A DNA stretch of 64,000 nucleotides from Octopus sinensis. Taxonomy: Eukaryota. The position numbers and the translations under genes were made by a program. The notes under the pieces were generated by a model. That model was not told the origin of the DNA. It saw only the letters and a list, made by a program, of their open reading frames with translations, and made no database searches. This document shows, piece after piece, positions 1-13,150 of this stretch; positions within the stretch are counted from its first letter, which is position 1; each line of letters opens with the position of its first letter. Location of the stretch: NCBI RefSeq assembly GCF_006345805.1, contig NC_043021.1, positions 22,072,001 to 22,136,000 of the forward strand. The letters run 5' to 3'.

Positions 1-190
1 TCACTTTTTCTTTCTTTTTTCTTTCTTTCTTTTTCTTTCTTTCTCTCTCTCTCTCTCTTTTTTCTGTCTGTCTCTTCTCTCTCTCTCTCTCACTTTGCCT
101 CTCTCTCTCCTCCCACTCTCTCCTCCCGCTCTCTCCCCCTCTCTCTCCCCTTCTATCTCCTCCTTCTCCCCCCTCCCTTCATTTCGCATT
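1..190. repeat. Pyrimidine-rich (CT/CTTT)n microsatellite
   Basis: Visible low-complexity tract; explains ORF 1..189. Confidence 0.95.
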
Positions 191-239
191 ACATCTTTGA
201 AGTGTCTAAAGATTATTTCACAGTCTGTGTTGATTAATT

Positions 240-670
240 ACAACATGTGAGGTTGTAAGGGGGTGGAGTGGAGGTTGTTGCCATGGTGGTAGTGGTGAGG
301 CTAGTACTGGTAGTGGCGGTAGTGGTAATAGTAGCACTGGTGGTAGTAGTGATCGCTTTGGTTGCGGTGGTGATGGTGATGCTGGTTGTAGTGGTGGCAG
401 TAGTAGTCGAAGTGGTAGTGGTGTTAGTTGCGGTGATGATGTTGGAGATGCTAGTTTGGGTGGCAGTAGTAATGGTGGTTAAAGTGGTACTTCCAGTCGT
501 GGCAGTGATGGTAATAGTACCAGTTGTGGCACAGGTGGTGTTGATAGGACTGGTGGTGGTGGAGATGCTTGTTGTGGTGGTGGTGGTAGTAGTAGCAGTA
601 GTGGCAGTAGTAGTAGTAGTAATAGGAGTAGTAGTAGTGGGAGTGGCAGTACCAGTTGTGGTGGTCATGG
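240..670. repeat. Degenerate (GTG/GTA)n trinucleotide tract
   Basis: gtg/gta/gtt triplet repeat; gives poly-Val and poly-Thr ORFs on opposite strands. Confidence 0.9.
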
Positions 671-911
671 TTAGGTTTTTTTTTTTATCTTTGACTTGTC
701 CCAGTTATTAAATAGTGACCATGCTGGGGCACTGCGTTGAAGAATTTAGTTGGATGAATTGAGCCCAGCACTTTTCTTGAAAAGCCTGCTGCTTATTATA
801 TCAGTCTCTTTTGGCACACTGCTAGGTTACAACAACACTGGGTGCCAAATGGTGGTGGACGACAAACATGGACACAAAATCACACATGTAGACACACACA
901 CACGTGTGTGA

Positions 912-954
<43 letters not shown>

Positions 955-955
955 A

Positions 956-1111
956 TACTCTTTTACTTGTTTCAGGACTTATTCTTTGTAAGCCTAGTAC
1001 TTATTCTATCGGTCTCTTTTGATGAACTGCTAAGTTACGGGGACGTAAACACATCACCATTGGTTGTCAAGTGATGTTGGGGGGGACAAGCACAGATGTA
1101 CAAACTCACAA

Positions 1112-1142
<31 letters not shown>

Positions 1143-1277
1143 CATATATACTATGGGCTTCTTTCAGTTTCCGTCTACCAAATCCCGAGACTATGGTAGA
1201 AGACACTTGCCCAAGGTGCCACGCAGTGGGACTGAACCTGGAACCATGTGGTTAGTAAGCAAGCTACTTCCCACGAA
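956..1277 (-). mobile_element. SINE family A copy with internal deletions
   Basis: Reverse complement of head ggagtggctgtgtggtaagtagcttg...ttcagtcccactgcgtggcaccttgggcaagtgtcttc and of tail ...tgactgaaacaagtaaaagag. Confidence 0.85.
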
Positions 1278-1548
1278 GTATAATGAAAGGAAATATTGTA
1301 GTTGTAGACGAGCTTTAATCCAAGTTGGTACGCAACCAAAATTCATTCTATAAGTTGTTCCAGAGTCTGATTTAGTCCAAAGACAAAAAACGAAAAACTC
1401 TTCCTGAAATAAAAATTAGATTCTTCCTCAGGCATTACATAATGTTAGACATCCCTTTGAAGGATTTTGGTCCTCACCTCTTTAGTATATATATATATAT
1501 ACATATACGAGCAAAATGACCCCCCCCGTCCAATGGACGGTGCTGAGT

Positions 1549-1967
1549 TACTCTTTACTCTTTTACTCTTTTACTTGTTTCAGTCATTTGACTGCGGCCA
1601 TGCTGGAGCACTGCCTTTAATCGAGCAACTCGACCCCGGGACTTATTCTTTTGTAAGCCCAGTACTTATTCTATCGGTCTCTTTTGCCGAACCGCTAAGT
1701 AACAGGGACATAAAACCTACCACATCGGTTGTCAAGCAATGCTAGGGGGACACAACACAGACACACAAACATACACACGCATATATATATATATATATAT
1801 ATATATACATTATATGACGGGCTTCTTTCAGTTTCCGTCTACCAAATCCACTCACAAGGCTTTGGTCGGCCCGAGGCTATAGTAGAAGGTGCCACACAGT
1901 GGGACTGAACCCGGAACCATGTTGTTGGTAAACAAGCTACTTACCACACAGCCACTCCTGCGCCTAT
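1549..1967 (-). mobile_element. SINE family A, near full length
   Basis: tRNA-like head with A/B-box-like motifs, internal (TA)n/(CA)n tract, (AAAGAGT)n-like tail. Confidence 0.9.
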
Positions 1968-2089
1968 TGTGAAACATTTGAACCAAATTTTCTCAAAACA
2001 ACTTGTCCGACCGTCCCATAGGCCTCCCCTTTGAGAAACACTGATTTAACCTAAATTTGAGACACCAGCAGAAGAAGAAATAAAGATAG

Positions 2090-2312
2090 ACTTTTTTTCT
2101 ATTCCAAGAAAAATTATTTTACAAATGCATGTTCCCACGGCTTTATCAATCGCATTCTCACTTGGAATCAATTTTTGTGATTTTTTCAAGACTTATACAC
2201 GCACTAATACTGTCAGTATCTACAAATCAAATTTGAGCACAATCGGATGGAGGATGTCCGAGATCCTAGAAGACACACACACAGACAGACAGAATGGGTT
2301 TTATATAAGATA
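2090..2312 (+). mobile_element. Helitron/Helentron-type non-autonomous 3' end
   Basis: Ends aaatttgagcacaatcggatg...gagat...acacacacagacagacaga...tttatataagat, the same architecture as the end of 42631-43030. Confidence 0.45.
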
Positions 2313-2334
2313 TATATATATATATACACACAAC

Positions 2335-2635
2335 ATGTGTCTTTCCGTTTCCATCAACTAAATCCACTCTCAAGGCTTTGGTCGGCCCAGGGCTATAGTA
2401 GAAGACACTTAACCAAGGTGGCACATAGTGGACTGAACCTGTAACCATGTGATTGAGAACAGCCATGTGATGGGCTTCTTTCAGTTTCCAATCGACAAAA
2501 GTCACTCACAAAGATTTGCTTGGCCTGATGGTATATAGTAGAAGACACTTGCTCAAGGTGCCATGCAGTGAGTCTGAACCTGGAACCATGTGGTTTCCAA
2601 GCAAACTTCTTACCACACAGCCACACCTGCACCTA
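2335..2635 (-). mobile_element. Two tandem SINE A 5' halves
   Basis: Two consecutive copies of ttctttcagtttcc...agaagacacttg..caagg...gaacc...accatgtg. Confidence 0.8.
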
Positions 2636-2639
2636 TTTG

Positions 2640-3170
2640 GTGTTTGAGGTGGTGGTGGTTGTGGTGGCAGCAGTGATGGTTGTGTTTATGGTGGACACAG
2701 TAGCAGTGATGGTGGTGGTGCTGGTGTTTTGAAATAATGGCAGTGGTATTTGTGAAGGTGGTAGTTGTACTTGTGGTGATAGTGTCTATGGTAGTGGTGG
2801 TGGTGGTAGTGGCGGTGGTGGTGGCGGTGGTGGTAGTGATGGTGTCTATGGTGATGGTGGTAGTAGTGGTGGTGGTGGTGGTTTGGCGATGGTGGTGATA
2901 GTGTCTATGGTGGTGGTGGTGGTAGTGGTAGTGGTGATGGTGGTGGTGGTGATAGTGTCTATGGTGGTTGTGATGGTGGTGGTGGTGGTGGTGGTGATGG
3001 TGGTGGTGGTGATAGTGTCTATGGTGGTGGTGGCGTTGGTAGTGGCGGTGGTGGTGGTGGTGATAGTGTCTATGGTGGTGGTGGTGGTTGTGATAGTAGT
3101 GGTAGAATCAACAGTGGCATTAGTAGTCTTGCCGATGGTGATGTGGTAGTGGCAGTGGTGGTGGTGGTCC
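2640..3170. repeat. (GTG)n tract with recurring gatagtgtctatg spacer
   Basis: Visible. Confidence 0.9.
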
Positions 3171-3369
3171 TTTCAAGAATGTTCTCAAGAAATCAGATAT
3201 GTTGAAGCATAATTTCTTTTTCAAAGCTTTTATCGTTTTTCTTTTGATATTTTTTTTTCGATTTTTTGCATAATTAAATTAAAGCAGCACTTTTCTAATT
3301 TCTTACCTGATAATTAGATAGTTTCAGAAATGTCAAATGGGATTCAAATACCAGGCAACAGTAGCAACT

Positions 3370-4080
<711 letters not shown>

Positions 4081-4189
4081 TGTGAGTGCATGAGGGGGCA
4101 TAAAATAAATACAAATGCTAGTAAATACACAGAAATGGTTTACACTTGCAATAATGACAATAATCAACACAGATGTTATATAACCTGTT

Positions 4190-4628
4190 GTGGTATTTGA
4201 GTCATCTAAGCCTAGCGTCGTATATCCAGGAGTACATGTTGTACACCTGTCCCTGGAGTTGAAAGAATGCATTTGTTGCATGGTTCTGTCCTTAAAGTTA
4301 TTGTTTGTCATGCCTGTGTAGTGTCACACGATGCTATTGGATAATGTTCGGGTAACTGTTTAAATAGCTATTGGGAAACATGATCCTCCTAATGTACAAG
4401 AGATAGAATTTTGGTTGTTACAGGTTGGAGTGTGTGGGATACATGGATACTTCCAATTTTGGAAGCAGTATTAACTAAGCATGAGTAGCTAATCTTGATG
4501 TTATGGGAGTTGATAAATTTATATCAATGGGTTCTTGGGAAATGCTTTTAAATTAGTAGTAGGAAGCTGCTAGTTATATTAGTGAAAACAACTAGATTAA
4601 ATGGGATCAAACTGGCTTATTATTCTCA
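4190..4628 (-). pseudogene. Decayed Penelope-like element ORF (RT C-terminal linker plus GIY-YIG endonuclease)
   Basis: Minus strand reads RII-QFDPI..TNITSSFLLLI*KHFPRTH*YKFINSHNIKISYSCLVNTASKI, then CTLGGSCFPIAI*TVTRTLSNSIV*HYTGMTNNNFKDRTMQQMHSF. This matches PLE motifs IIWFNPP..TNIG..FL.LIDKHFP..KISYSC and C..GG.C....IY.A.V...YIG.T...FK.R...H..SF as recalled, not searched. Confidence 0.75.
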
Positions 4629-5109
4629 CTTGATCTTAACTTAACATAACAGTAAACTATATATGTGTGTGAGTAGGTGTGTGTTTGTAGTATCAATTAT
4701 TTCTTTTTAAATTGAAATGTACTATAAACTTTAGAAACAAATGTTTTTAATTTGTTTTTGTGACAATAGAGAAAAATGGTAAGGTCGAATTGCAGGTTTA
4801 CTAAAAGAAAGAAAAATAATGTTCATAAGGTTAACCATATATTTTGAAATGCACCCACCTCTCAACTCCTCCAAATGCCTTGTTTTAAGTTTTACTGCTA
4901 ATTAGATATCAGTGGCATATTTTCACCACTACAGTTTCTCTCCTTTCTCTCTATCTCTCTCTTATCTTTTCTAACAGGGTATAGCCCTTATCTTTTCTAC
5001 AGCAAGACACCTGTTTGTATCCCTCTGTTGTACTTTATTTTCTCATCTTCTGCCAATACTATTCCACTCTGCCCCACCTCACTTGAAAGAATTTTTATTT
5101 TGAAAACTG

Positions 5110-5280
5110 TTTGGTGACCTCAACAGTGCTGGTGCCACATAAAAAGCATCCAGTAAAATCTGTAAAGTGATTGGCATTAAGAATAGTATTGAGCCATAGA
5201 AACGATGCCAAAGCTGAGCGTAGAGCTTGGAGCAGTTGTCTGGATTGCCGGTTCTTGTCAAACTGTCCAACCCATGCCGT
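5110..5280 (+). mobile_element. Degenerate RTE 3'UTR fragment
   Basis: ggtgccacataaaaagcatcc...tggcattaag...tagaaac...gtccaacccatgc. Confidence 0.6.
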
Positions 5281-5322
5281 TTTTGAAATCAGGTGTTAAA
5301 TAATGATGATGGTGATGATGAT

Positions 5323-5650
5323 AGGCATGGCTGTGTGGTTAAGAAGCTTGCTTTGCAATCACATGGTTTGGGTTCAATCCAACTACATAACACTTTAGGC
5401 AAGTGTCTTCTACTATTGTCCTGGGCTGACCTGGAATTTTGTAGAAGTGGAACTGGTAGGCAGAAAATGTGCAGAAGCCAATTGTAAAAATGTGTGCGTG
5501 AGTGTGTGTGTTTGTGTATGTCTCCCCACCCACTTGAAAACTGGTGTTGGTTTGTTTACATCCCTGCGACTTAGTAGTTTGGCAAATTAGCATGATAGAA
5601 TAAGAACCAGGTTTTAAAAACTGAATAATTCACTGTGGTTGGTCTGTTCA
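5323..5650 (+). mobile_element. Degenerate SINE A
   Basis: ggcatggctgtgtggttaagaagcttgc...ggcaagtgtcttctact... Confidence 0.75.
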
Positions 5651-5658
5651 ACTAAAAT

Positions 5659-5710
<52 letters not shown>

Positions 5711-5915
5711 TGGAGTAAACACATAAATGTGAAACAAGGTGGAAAAAAGAGTCACTCAAAGAGTCATCAATTTAGCTTATAGTCTATATGGATATATTTT
5801 AATGCATTTTAACATTTTATTTTCAATTTCCATGTATTAATTATATTTCCTTTATTAATGACAATATGTATTTTAACCAAAGATTCGATGTAAGGTTTTT
5901 TCCTCGAATTTTATA

Positions 5916-5946
<31 letters not shown>

Positions 5947-6078
5947 TTTGAGCTCATTTTTTGTTTATCGCTTGAAAATTGACCGTCATTTGTAAAGGAC
6001 CAATCAAACAAGTCCATTTTTAAAGGTGTAGCATTTATACTAGTCTTGATAGAATTGACATATCGGTTCTATTCTAGC

Positions 6079-6126
6079 AAAAACTATCTGGCGAGCGGGA
6101 ACGTGAAACTCAGAGTAACAGGTTTT
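6079..6126 (+). ncRNA. Minimal type-I hammerhead motif, decayed (core CUGGCGA)
   Basis: ctggcga-gcg ggaa cgt-gaaa-ctc a gag-ta; homologous to the intact copy at 56943-56984. Confidence 0.6.
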
Positions 6127-6809
6127 GTTGAATTTTCTGCTGCTTTAAATAAAGTATATATATATGTTTATATATATATTTATATCATATGTATTGTATG
6201 TATTTTATGCATATAGATTTGTATTCACACATGTGTGAGTATGTGCATGTGTGTGTGTGTGTGTCCACACGCACACTGCTACTTTTGAATACCGAAATGC
6301 TGACATTACAGTATTTAACTCTGAGTTTCAGAATGATGTGGGATTATTTTTCTTGCAGGCGGACGGTGGGATGAGGTGGGGGTGTACGGGGGTTTCAAGA
6401 AAACAAAGGAACGAAAGAAAGAAACAAACAAAGGAGAAAATAGCAAACAAGAACTACAAGAACAATAAAAACATAATTATAACAATTAAGATAAAAACGA
6501 CAAAAATAACAAGAAACAAGAAAGAAAAGAACAAAAATAAAATAAAGAGACAAAACATCGAAAATTCCCATCATACACTTTGGGGAAGCCAATTTAGAAT
6601 ACTGATAGAGCTGGCTGTCATATAATGCTGTTATTGAACAGACTTACAGAATAAAAGGTGGTGTGTGTTGTAGGGTGTTTGTGGTAGTGTGTGTGTGTGT
6701 GAGGTGGGGTATTATGCAGTGAAGATGTTCGTATGTTTGTGCAAAGCAGTGGGGGAGGCTGCAGTATACCTGACAGAGTATGTAAAAGAGAATCTGGTAT
6801 CTGATTGCA

Positions 6810-8050
6810 TGTGCATGCACCTGTTTACGCGGGTGCATTAACTGCGGTGTTGTGTTTCTGCATGTACTTTCCCCCACCTGTTTATGTGATTGCATTGAAT
6901 GCTGTGTCATCTCTGCATGCATGTTACCCATGTGCGTCAGTCGTATTAACTGCGATGCTGTGGTTTTTTTCCCTACATGTGCATGCAGCCCAGATATCCC
7001 TGATTTAGGCGATTTCAATAACATCAGTGAAGGCACCCATGTATGTGACTGCATCAGCTGCTGTGTTGTGTTGCTGTATACATATGCACCCGTTCTTGTG
7101 GTTGTATTTACTGGAGTGTTGCTTGTGCATGTGTATCCCCTCATGTCTGCGATGGCATCATCTGCAGTGTTGTATTGCTATGTGCATATGTACCCATCCA
7201 TATGGTTGCATTGACTGCACTGTTGCCTCTGCATGTGTGTGCACCCACACATGTGACTGCATCAACTGCAATGTTGTGTTGCAGTTTGCATGTGCATTCA
7301 TCCATGTGATTGTCTTTACTGTGGTGTTGTTTCTGCATGTGCTTGCACCTATGTATGTGACTGCATCAATTGCTGCATTGTGTTGCAGTAAGTATGTGCA
7401 GCCACTCGTGTGGTTGCATTAACTGCAGTGTTGTTTTTACATGTGATTTCACCCATTCATGTGATGGCATCATGTGTAGTGTTGTGTTGCTGTATACATG
7501 TGCACCAATTCCTGTGGTTGCATTAACTGCAATGTTGTTTCTGCATGCACTTGATAACTTTGTCTGTGACAGCATCACCTGCTCTGTTGTGTTCCTGCAT
7601 GCATGTGCACCCATCCATGTGGTTGCATTTACCGCAGTGCTCTTTCTGCCCATACATGTTCCTATGTATGTAACTGCATAAATGGCTGTGTTGTGTTGCA
7701 ATATGCATGTGCACCCATGAACGTGGTTGCACTGACTGCAATGTTGTTTGTGCAGGTGCATCCATCTATGTATGTGACTACGTTAAATGCAATATTGTGC
7801 TTATGCATGTATGTGCACTGGGTTTTCTGACTGCATTAAATTTGGTGGTGTGTCCACATGTGCATGCACTTATGAATACGATTGCATTGAATGTGGCGTT
7901 CTGTTCTGTGTGCACACCCCTGTTAATGTGGCTCTTCTAACAAGTGCTGCACTTCTCTATGTGTGCCTTTTGTTGTGATTGCATAAACCAAGGTGTTGTT
8001 TCTGATTCTGTTTGCATCTGTTTATGTAACTGCACTAACTACAATGTTGT
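6810..8050. repeat. Diverged minisatellite with ~104-bp dimeric (47+57 bp) period
   Basis: Unit starts at 7082, 7186, 7290, 7394, 7498, 7603, 7707; core gcacccat..tgtg..tgcat.aactgcagtgttgt. Confidence 0.85.
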
Positions 8051-8848
8051 GCTTCTGCTCATATGCTACCGTTTGATATCTTAATGTGATAGGGAAAGAG
8101 TGAGAGAGAGAGAGAAACAGACAGAGAGAGGGGGAGAGCAGTTGCTTTATTTGCCCTTTAGGGTCGGGGTGATCTTGGATCTGTGTGATATCTTTATTGG
8201 CTTTAGATGAAGCCCCAACCTTACTGTATTAAAGTAACATTATCGATCATGTATTCATATACTTGTGTCGTTATAGATAGATCGACAGATAGATAAATAG
8301 AAAGATAGACTGACAGATAGATAGATATATTGATAGATAGATAGATAGTGCTTTTTTTTCACAGACAGTATCCAGCTGATCCTACTATACTGTGTAGTCA
8401 ACAAAATCAAAACCAAACAATATGCATGCATGAAATGAAAAGTATAAAATGGCAACAATTTACCTATTGCATCCTGTATATTTATATATATATGTATATA
8501 TACAGTTTCTGTCTCCTGGATTCACTCACAAAAGCTTTGGTTGACCTGCAGCTATAGTAGAAGACACTTGCCCAAAGTGCCATGCAGTGGGACTGAACCC
8601 CAGACCATGTAGCTGGGAAGCAAATACCTTACCGCACAGCTACACCTACAGGTGCAAAAACAAAAGGCAAAACAATGAAATCATTTCAGATTATGACTGC
8701 AGCAATAATCATATGAAGTACAAAGTGATGGTGTTTAGCCTGAACAGATTTAGTGATGTGTAATAATTCCTGTACGTTATTATGCCATTCATGTGGTGAA
8801 ACTTCAAGCAGCAGTTCACATCTTCCCTGTAATCTGTATAAATATAAA

Positions 8849-9497
8849 GGCATAGGAGTGGCTGTGTGGTAAGTAGCTTGCTTACCAACCACATGGTTCC
8901 GGGTTCAGTCCCACTGCATGGCATCTTGGGCAAGTGTCTTCTGCTATAGCCCTAGGCCGACCAATGCCTTGTGAGTGGATTTGGTAGACGGAAACTGAAA
9001 GAGGCCTGTTGTATATATGTATATATATATATATATATATTTATATATTTAAAAAAGGAGATGTGGAACACGAGTTGTGATAATAAAAAAAGGAAATGAA
9101 AGAAAAAAATCTATCCGAAAGGAACTCTATCTCTCTTAAAAAAATATCTTTTGATAAGCATAACAAATGCGCAACCGGTAAAAAGAACTTTCACCAAATT
9201 AAATACGCTCTCCCTTACTTAAATTATTTTGTCAGCATTTTCTTCATTTCCTTTTTATATATATATATGTATGTGTGTGTGTGTTTGTGTGTATGTATTT
9301 GTCCACCTAGCATTGCTTGAACAACTGATGCTGGTGTGTTTACGTCCCCGTCACTTAGCGGTTCAGCAAAAGAGACCGATAGAATAAGTACTGGGCTTCC
9401 AAAGAATAAGTCCCGGGGTCGATTCGCTCGACTAAAGGCGGTGCTCCAGCATGGCCGCAGTCAAATGACTGAAACAAGTAAAAGAGAGTAAAAGAGT
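8849..9497 (+). mobile_element. SINE A split by a ~200-bp insertion in its internal (TA)n
   Basis: Head 8849-9015, foreign segment ~9050-9260, 3' half 9290-9497. Confidence 0.8.
9147..9186 (+). ncRNA. Decayed minimal hammerhead motif
   Basis: tctttt/aaaaga stem I, gcat aacaa atgc stem II, ccgg palindromic stem III then TA. Core eroded (tgataa in place of ctgatga, gcaa in place of gaaa). Confidence 0.5.
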
Positions 9498-9647
9498 AAT
9501 GTTAGAAACAAATGTATGTGTTTGTGTGTCTATCTGTCGGTGTGTTAGTCTGTATTATAATTAGACATATATTACTGGGTTTTTTTTTGTGATTTTAAAA
9601 CTTTAAGCTACATAGAGTTTAATTCATATATATATATTTATATATAG

Positions 9648-10171
9648 GCACAGGAGTGGCTGTGTGGTAAGTAGCTTACCAAGCTTCTTACCACACAGAT
9701 CGAAGGGTTATCAGTCAGCGGGCCCTGGTGCCCCTCCCATTTTTTCCATCTTTGTCGTTTTCATACACATTAATGTCTCTGTCCAGCCCGCAGCTACCTT
9801 TATCTGTCTTCGACCTTCATGGTCAATTCGATGAAATAAAGTAGCTTACCAACCACATGGTTCTGGGTTCAGTCCCACTGCATGTCTTCTACCATAGCCT
9901 CAGGCTGACCAATGCCTTGTGAATGGATTTGGTAGACGGAAACTGAAAGAAGCCCGTCGTATATATGCATATATGTTTGTCCCCCCAACATCGCCTGAAA
10001 ACTGATGCTGGTGTGTTTACAACCCGGTAACTTAGCAGTTCGGCAAAAGTGACCGATAGAATAAGTACTAGGCTTCCAAGGAATAAGTTTTGGGTTCAAT
10101 TTGCTCGACTAATGTCAGTACTCCAGCATGGCCACAGTCAAATGCCTGAAACAAGTAAAAAAGTAAAGAGT
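9648..10171 (+). mobile_element. SINE A interrupted by a ~156-bp insert flanked by a 14-bp direct repeat
   Basis: aagtagcttaccaa at 9669-9682 and 9839-9852. Confidence 0.75.
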
Positions 10172-10884
10172 ATATGATTCAAATGAAGTTTTTCTTTGTT
10201 TTGATTGTTAGTTTTCTTTATCTGTATCAGACATGATTGTGTGATTTCAGCTTTATTCATGCATAAATACAAAGTGTCACTCGTGGAAGGTATTGGCTAG
10301 CAGATGGAAGTTTTAAAAATTGAGTTTTACAGTCATAATATCTTAATATATGCTCAGCAACATACTATTTGTAGCGGCACAGGTGGTGTGTAATTTTCAA
10401 GATATGTAAGCTTTTCATTGAAATTTTCAATGACTGGTATACTGTCAAGATACCAGCTATATCAACAGTGTATTAACATGCATGCAATCAGGTTTCGTGA
10501 TTGTGTTAAAACTAAAGAGGAGGAATTTATTAATATGTCAGCATCTGGTGAATATTTCATTTGAAGCTTTGAAGTAACCAGGTTCAGTTTACAATCTATT
10601 TAAAAAGAAATATACCTTCATGACACTGAACCTGCAAATGCAATTGTAAATCATCAAATTACTCTCATCCAAATGAAGAATGCTTTATTAAGCTTAAAAA
10701 TTTGGTCATAAAGAGGCAACAATGTTTTCCATTATGTTGCTATAACAACAACAACAACAATGACAATGATGATGATGATGATGGTGATGATGATGCCGAT
10801 AATAATAAAATTATCAACTATACAAAAGATATTGAGCACTAACAGTTATGCTCATGATATATCTTGCAAACTACTATAATCAAA

Positions 10885-10896
10885 TATCTATATGTG

Positions 10897-10982
<86 letters not shown>

Positions 10983-11726
10983 AGTACAAACATATATATA
11001 CTTATATATAAGTGCACACACACACATATGTACACACATGTATGTTTATATATATATCTATATATACACATACATACATACATATATATATATATGTATA
11101 TACACATACATATATATATATATGTATATACACATACATATATATAGATATGTATATACAAATACATATACATACACACATACATATATATATATATATA
11201 TATGCATATATGTACATATATGTATATATATATATATTTTATAGTTACATATGTATATAGATTTATATATGTGTTTGTTTATATATATGTATGTATATGT
11301 ACGTGTGTGTAAACGCATGCACACACATACACACATGCACACAATGGATATTATATATTCATACAACTGTGTGTAGATTTTGTAAATATGTGTATATACA
11401 TGCATATATGATGCGTGTCTTTGTTTCATTGTATGTGTCTGTCTTTATTTGTGTGTGATATGAAGTGAAGATTAATTTAATTACTACTGCAGATAAGTTA
11501 ATTACTAATTCCTACTTGATTTAGAAAGAATCCCTAATTATAGAACGGATTAACTGAGAGATTTATTTAATATAAATTTAAAAACACATTTTATATATAT
11601 GCCTGCAAACAGACGTATACAAATTTTATCATAACATGCGTATGTGTGTGTTCGTGTGTGTGTATATTCAAATATACACATGCACATAAGCACACAAATG
11701 TAACTTAGTATATTATAATGTGCATG

Positions 11727-11758
<32 letters not shown>

Positions 11759-11972
11759 TATAATATATATGTAAATATATAATATATGCATGTATACATA
11801 TATATAATATATATTTATATATATATATATTATATATATATATAATATATATATTTATATATATTTATATATATATACATATAATATATATTATATATAT
11901 TTATATATATTATATATATATATATGTGTGTGTATATATATATACATATAATATATATATATATATATACAC

Positions 11973-12003
<31 letters not shown>

Positions 12004-12030
12004 ATGTGTGTGTGTGTGTGTATGTATGTA
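10885..12030. repeat. (TG)n/(TA)n/(CA)n compound microsatellite field
   Basis: Visible. Confidence 0.9.
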
Positions 12031-12930
12031 TATAGTCATCTCATAAAAGATGCAGTTTTTTTTATACTGCTTTTATTTTTCGAAATAAAGGTAAACAAAT
12101 TTCTTTTTTAATCTAAAATCAACTCTACTTCATTTTCTACAATGCTCTTCCAATCTGTCTGGTAGACTGGCAGGACCCTTCTTCCAAATTCCATTTGTCC
12201 ATGATGAAAAATACTCCTCCAGAATAAAGGATAATCAAATGGGGCAATGTCTGGCAAACATGGTGAGAGGGGCAACGTTTTCCCATTCAAACTGCTCCAG
12301 CCTTTAGAAGGTCAACCTTGCTGTATGTGGCTGAGCATTATTCTGATGGAAGGATACCTTTCATCTTGAAACAAAAGATGGTTGGTTTCCTTCTAGCACT
12401 GACTTAAGCCACTCAAGCTGCTCACAGTAGATCTCCTTTGTTATTGTTTGGTTAGGGTTTAAAAGTTCCATATCCCACCAAACAGATAATGACACCTTAC
12501 AAGGGTGAAGACCTTTTATAGCCAGGGGTGCCAGTGTTTCTCCCTTCTGTACCCACTGTTTTTGGTGCTTTGGCATATATATAGAGAACCCATTTCTCAT
12601 CACCAGTCACTAATCGGTCTTTGTGAGACATAACAAGAAAGAAGAGCACACATTCACTCTCTTCACATGGTTAGGCCCAAAAAGGAACCTGTTAATCCAA
12701 TTTGCTGACTTTTCCAATGGCATGCAGGCGTTGATGAATGGTTCCCTGACCAAATCCAAGTTTCTCTGCTAGTTCTTCAACGGTTACAATGGGACTTTCT
12801 TTCACCAGAGTTTGCAGGACGTCCTTGTGAAGCTCTTCTGATCCTCCAGGATGAGGCTTTTGTAGGCACTAGTTTTTGGCTCAGAATTTCTGGAACCACC
12901 GTTGACACTGGCTTTCACTTATTTCCCAAT
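12031..12930 (-). pseudogene. Decayed mariner (Tc1/mariner, DD34D-type) transposase with probable right TIR
   Basis: Minus strand: SESQCQRWFQKF (HTH), LVTGDEKWF, KQWVQKGET...GLHPCKVSLSVWWD, ELLNPNQTITKEIYCEQL, SPCLPDIAPFDYPLF (YSPDLAPSD-like), IVENEVELILD*. Multiple stops and frameshifts; TA-flanked end near 12031. Confidence 0.9.
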
Positions 12931-12933
12931 CCC

Positions 12934-12966
<33 letters not shown>

Positions 12967-13150
12967 TGTTTAATGTCCACTTTCCATGCTGGCATGGGTT
13001 GGACAGTTCGACTGGGGTCTGGGAAGCCAGGAGGCTGTACCAGGCCCCAATCTGATCTGGCAGTGTTTCTACAACTGGATGCCCTTCCTAATGCAAACCC
13101 ATCCATGGATGGAGTGTGTGCTTTTTACGTGCCACCAGCACAGGGGCCAC
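12934..13150 (-). mobile_element. RTE 3' tail with (CAT)n, truncating the mariner
   Basis: (cat)n tgtttaatgtccactttccatgctggcatgggttggacag...ctggatgcccttcctaa. Confidence 0.8.

Noticed and set aside
234-711. Thr-rich (mucin-like) and Val-rich ORFs
   Set aside because: Both strands are open only because of a GTG/GTA triplet tract; no splice or domain support
1448-1483. 36-bp perfect inverted match to 62885-62920, suggesting a 61-kb composite transposon
   Set aside because: The TA-flanked ends face outward from the interval, so these look like ends of two separate dispersed repeat copies
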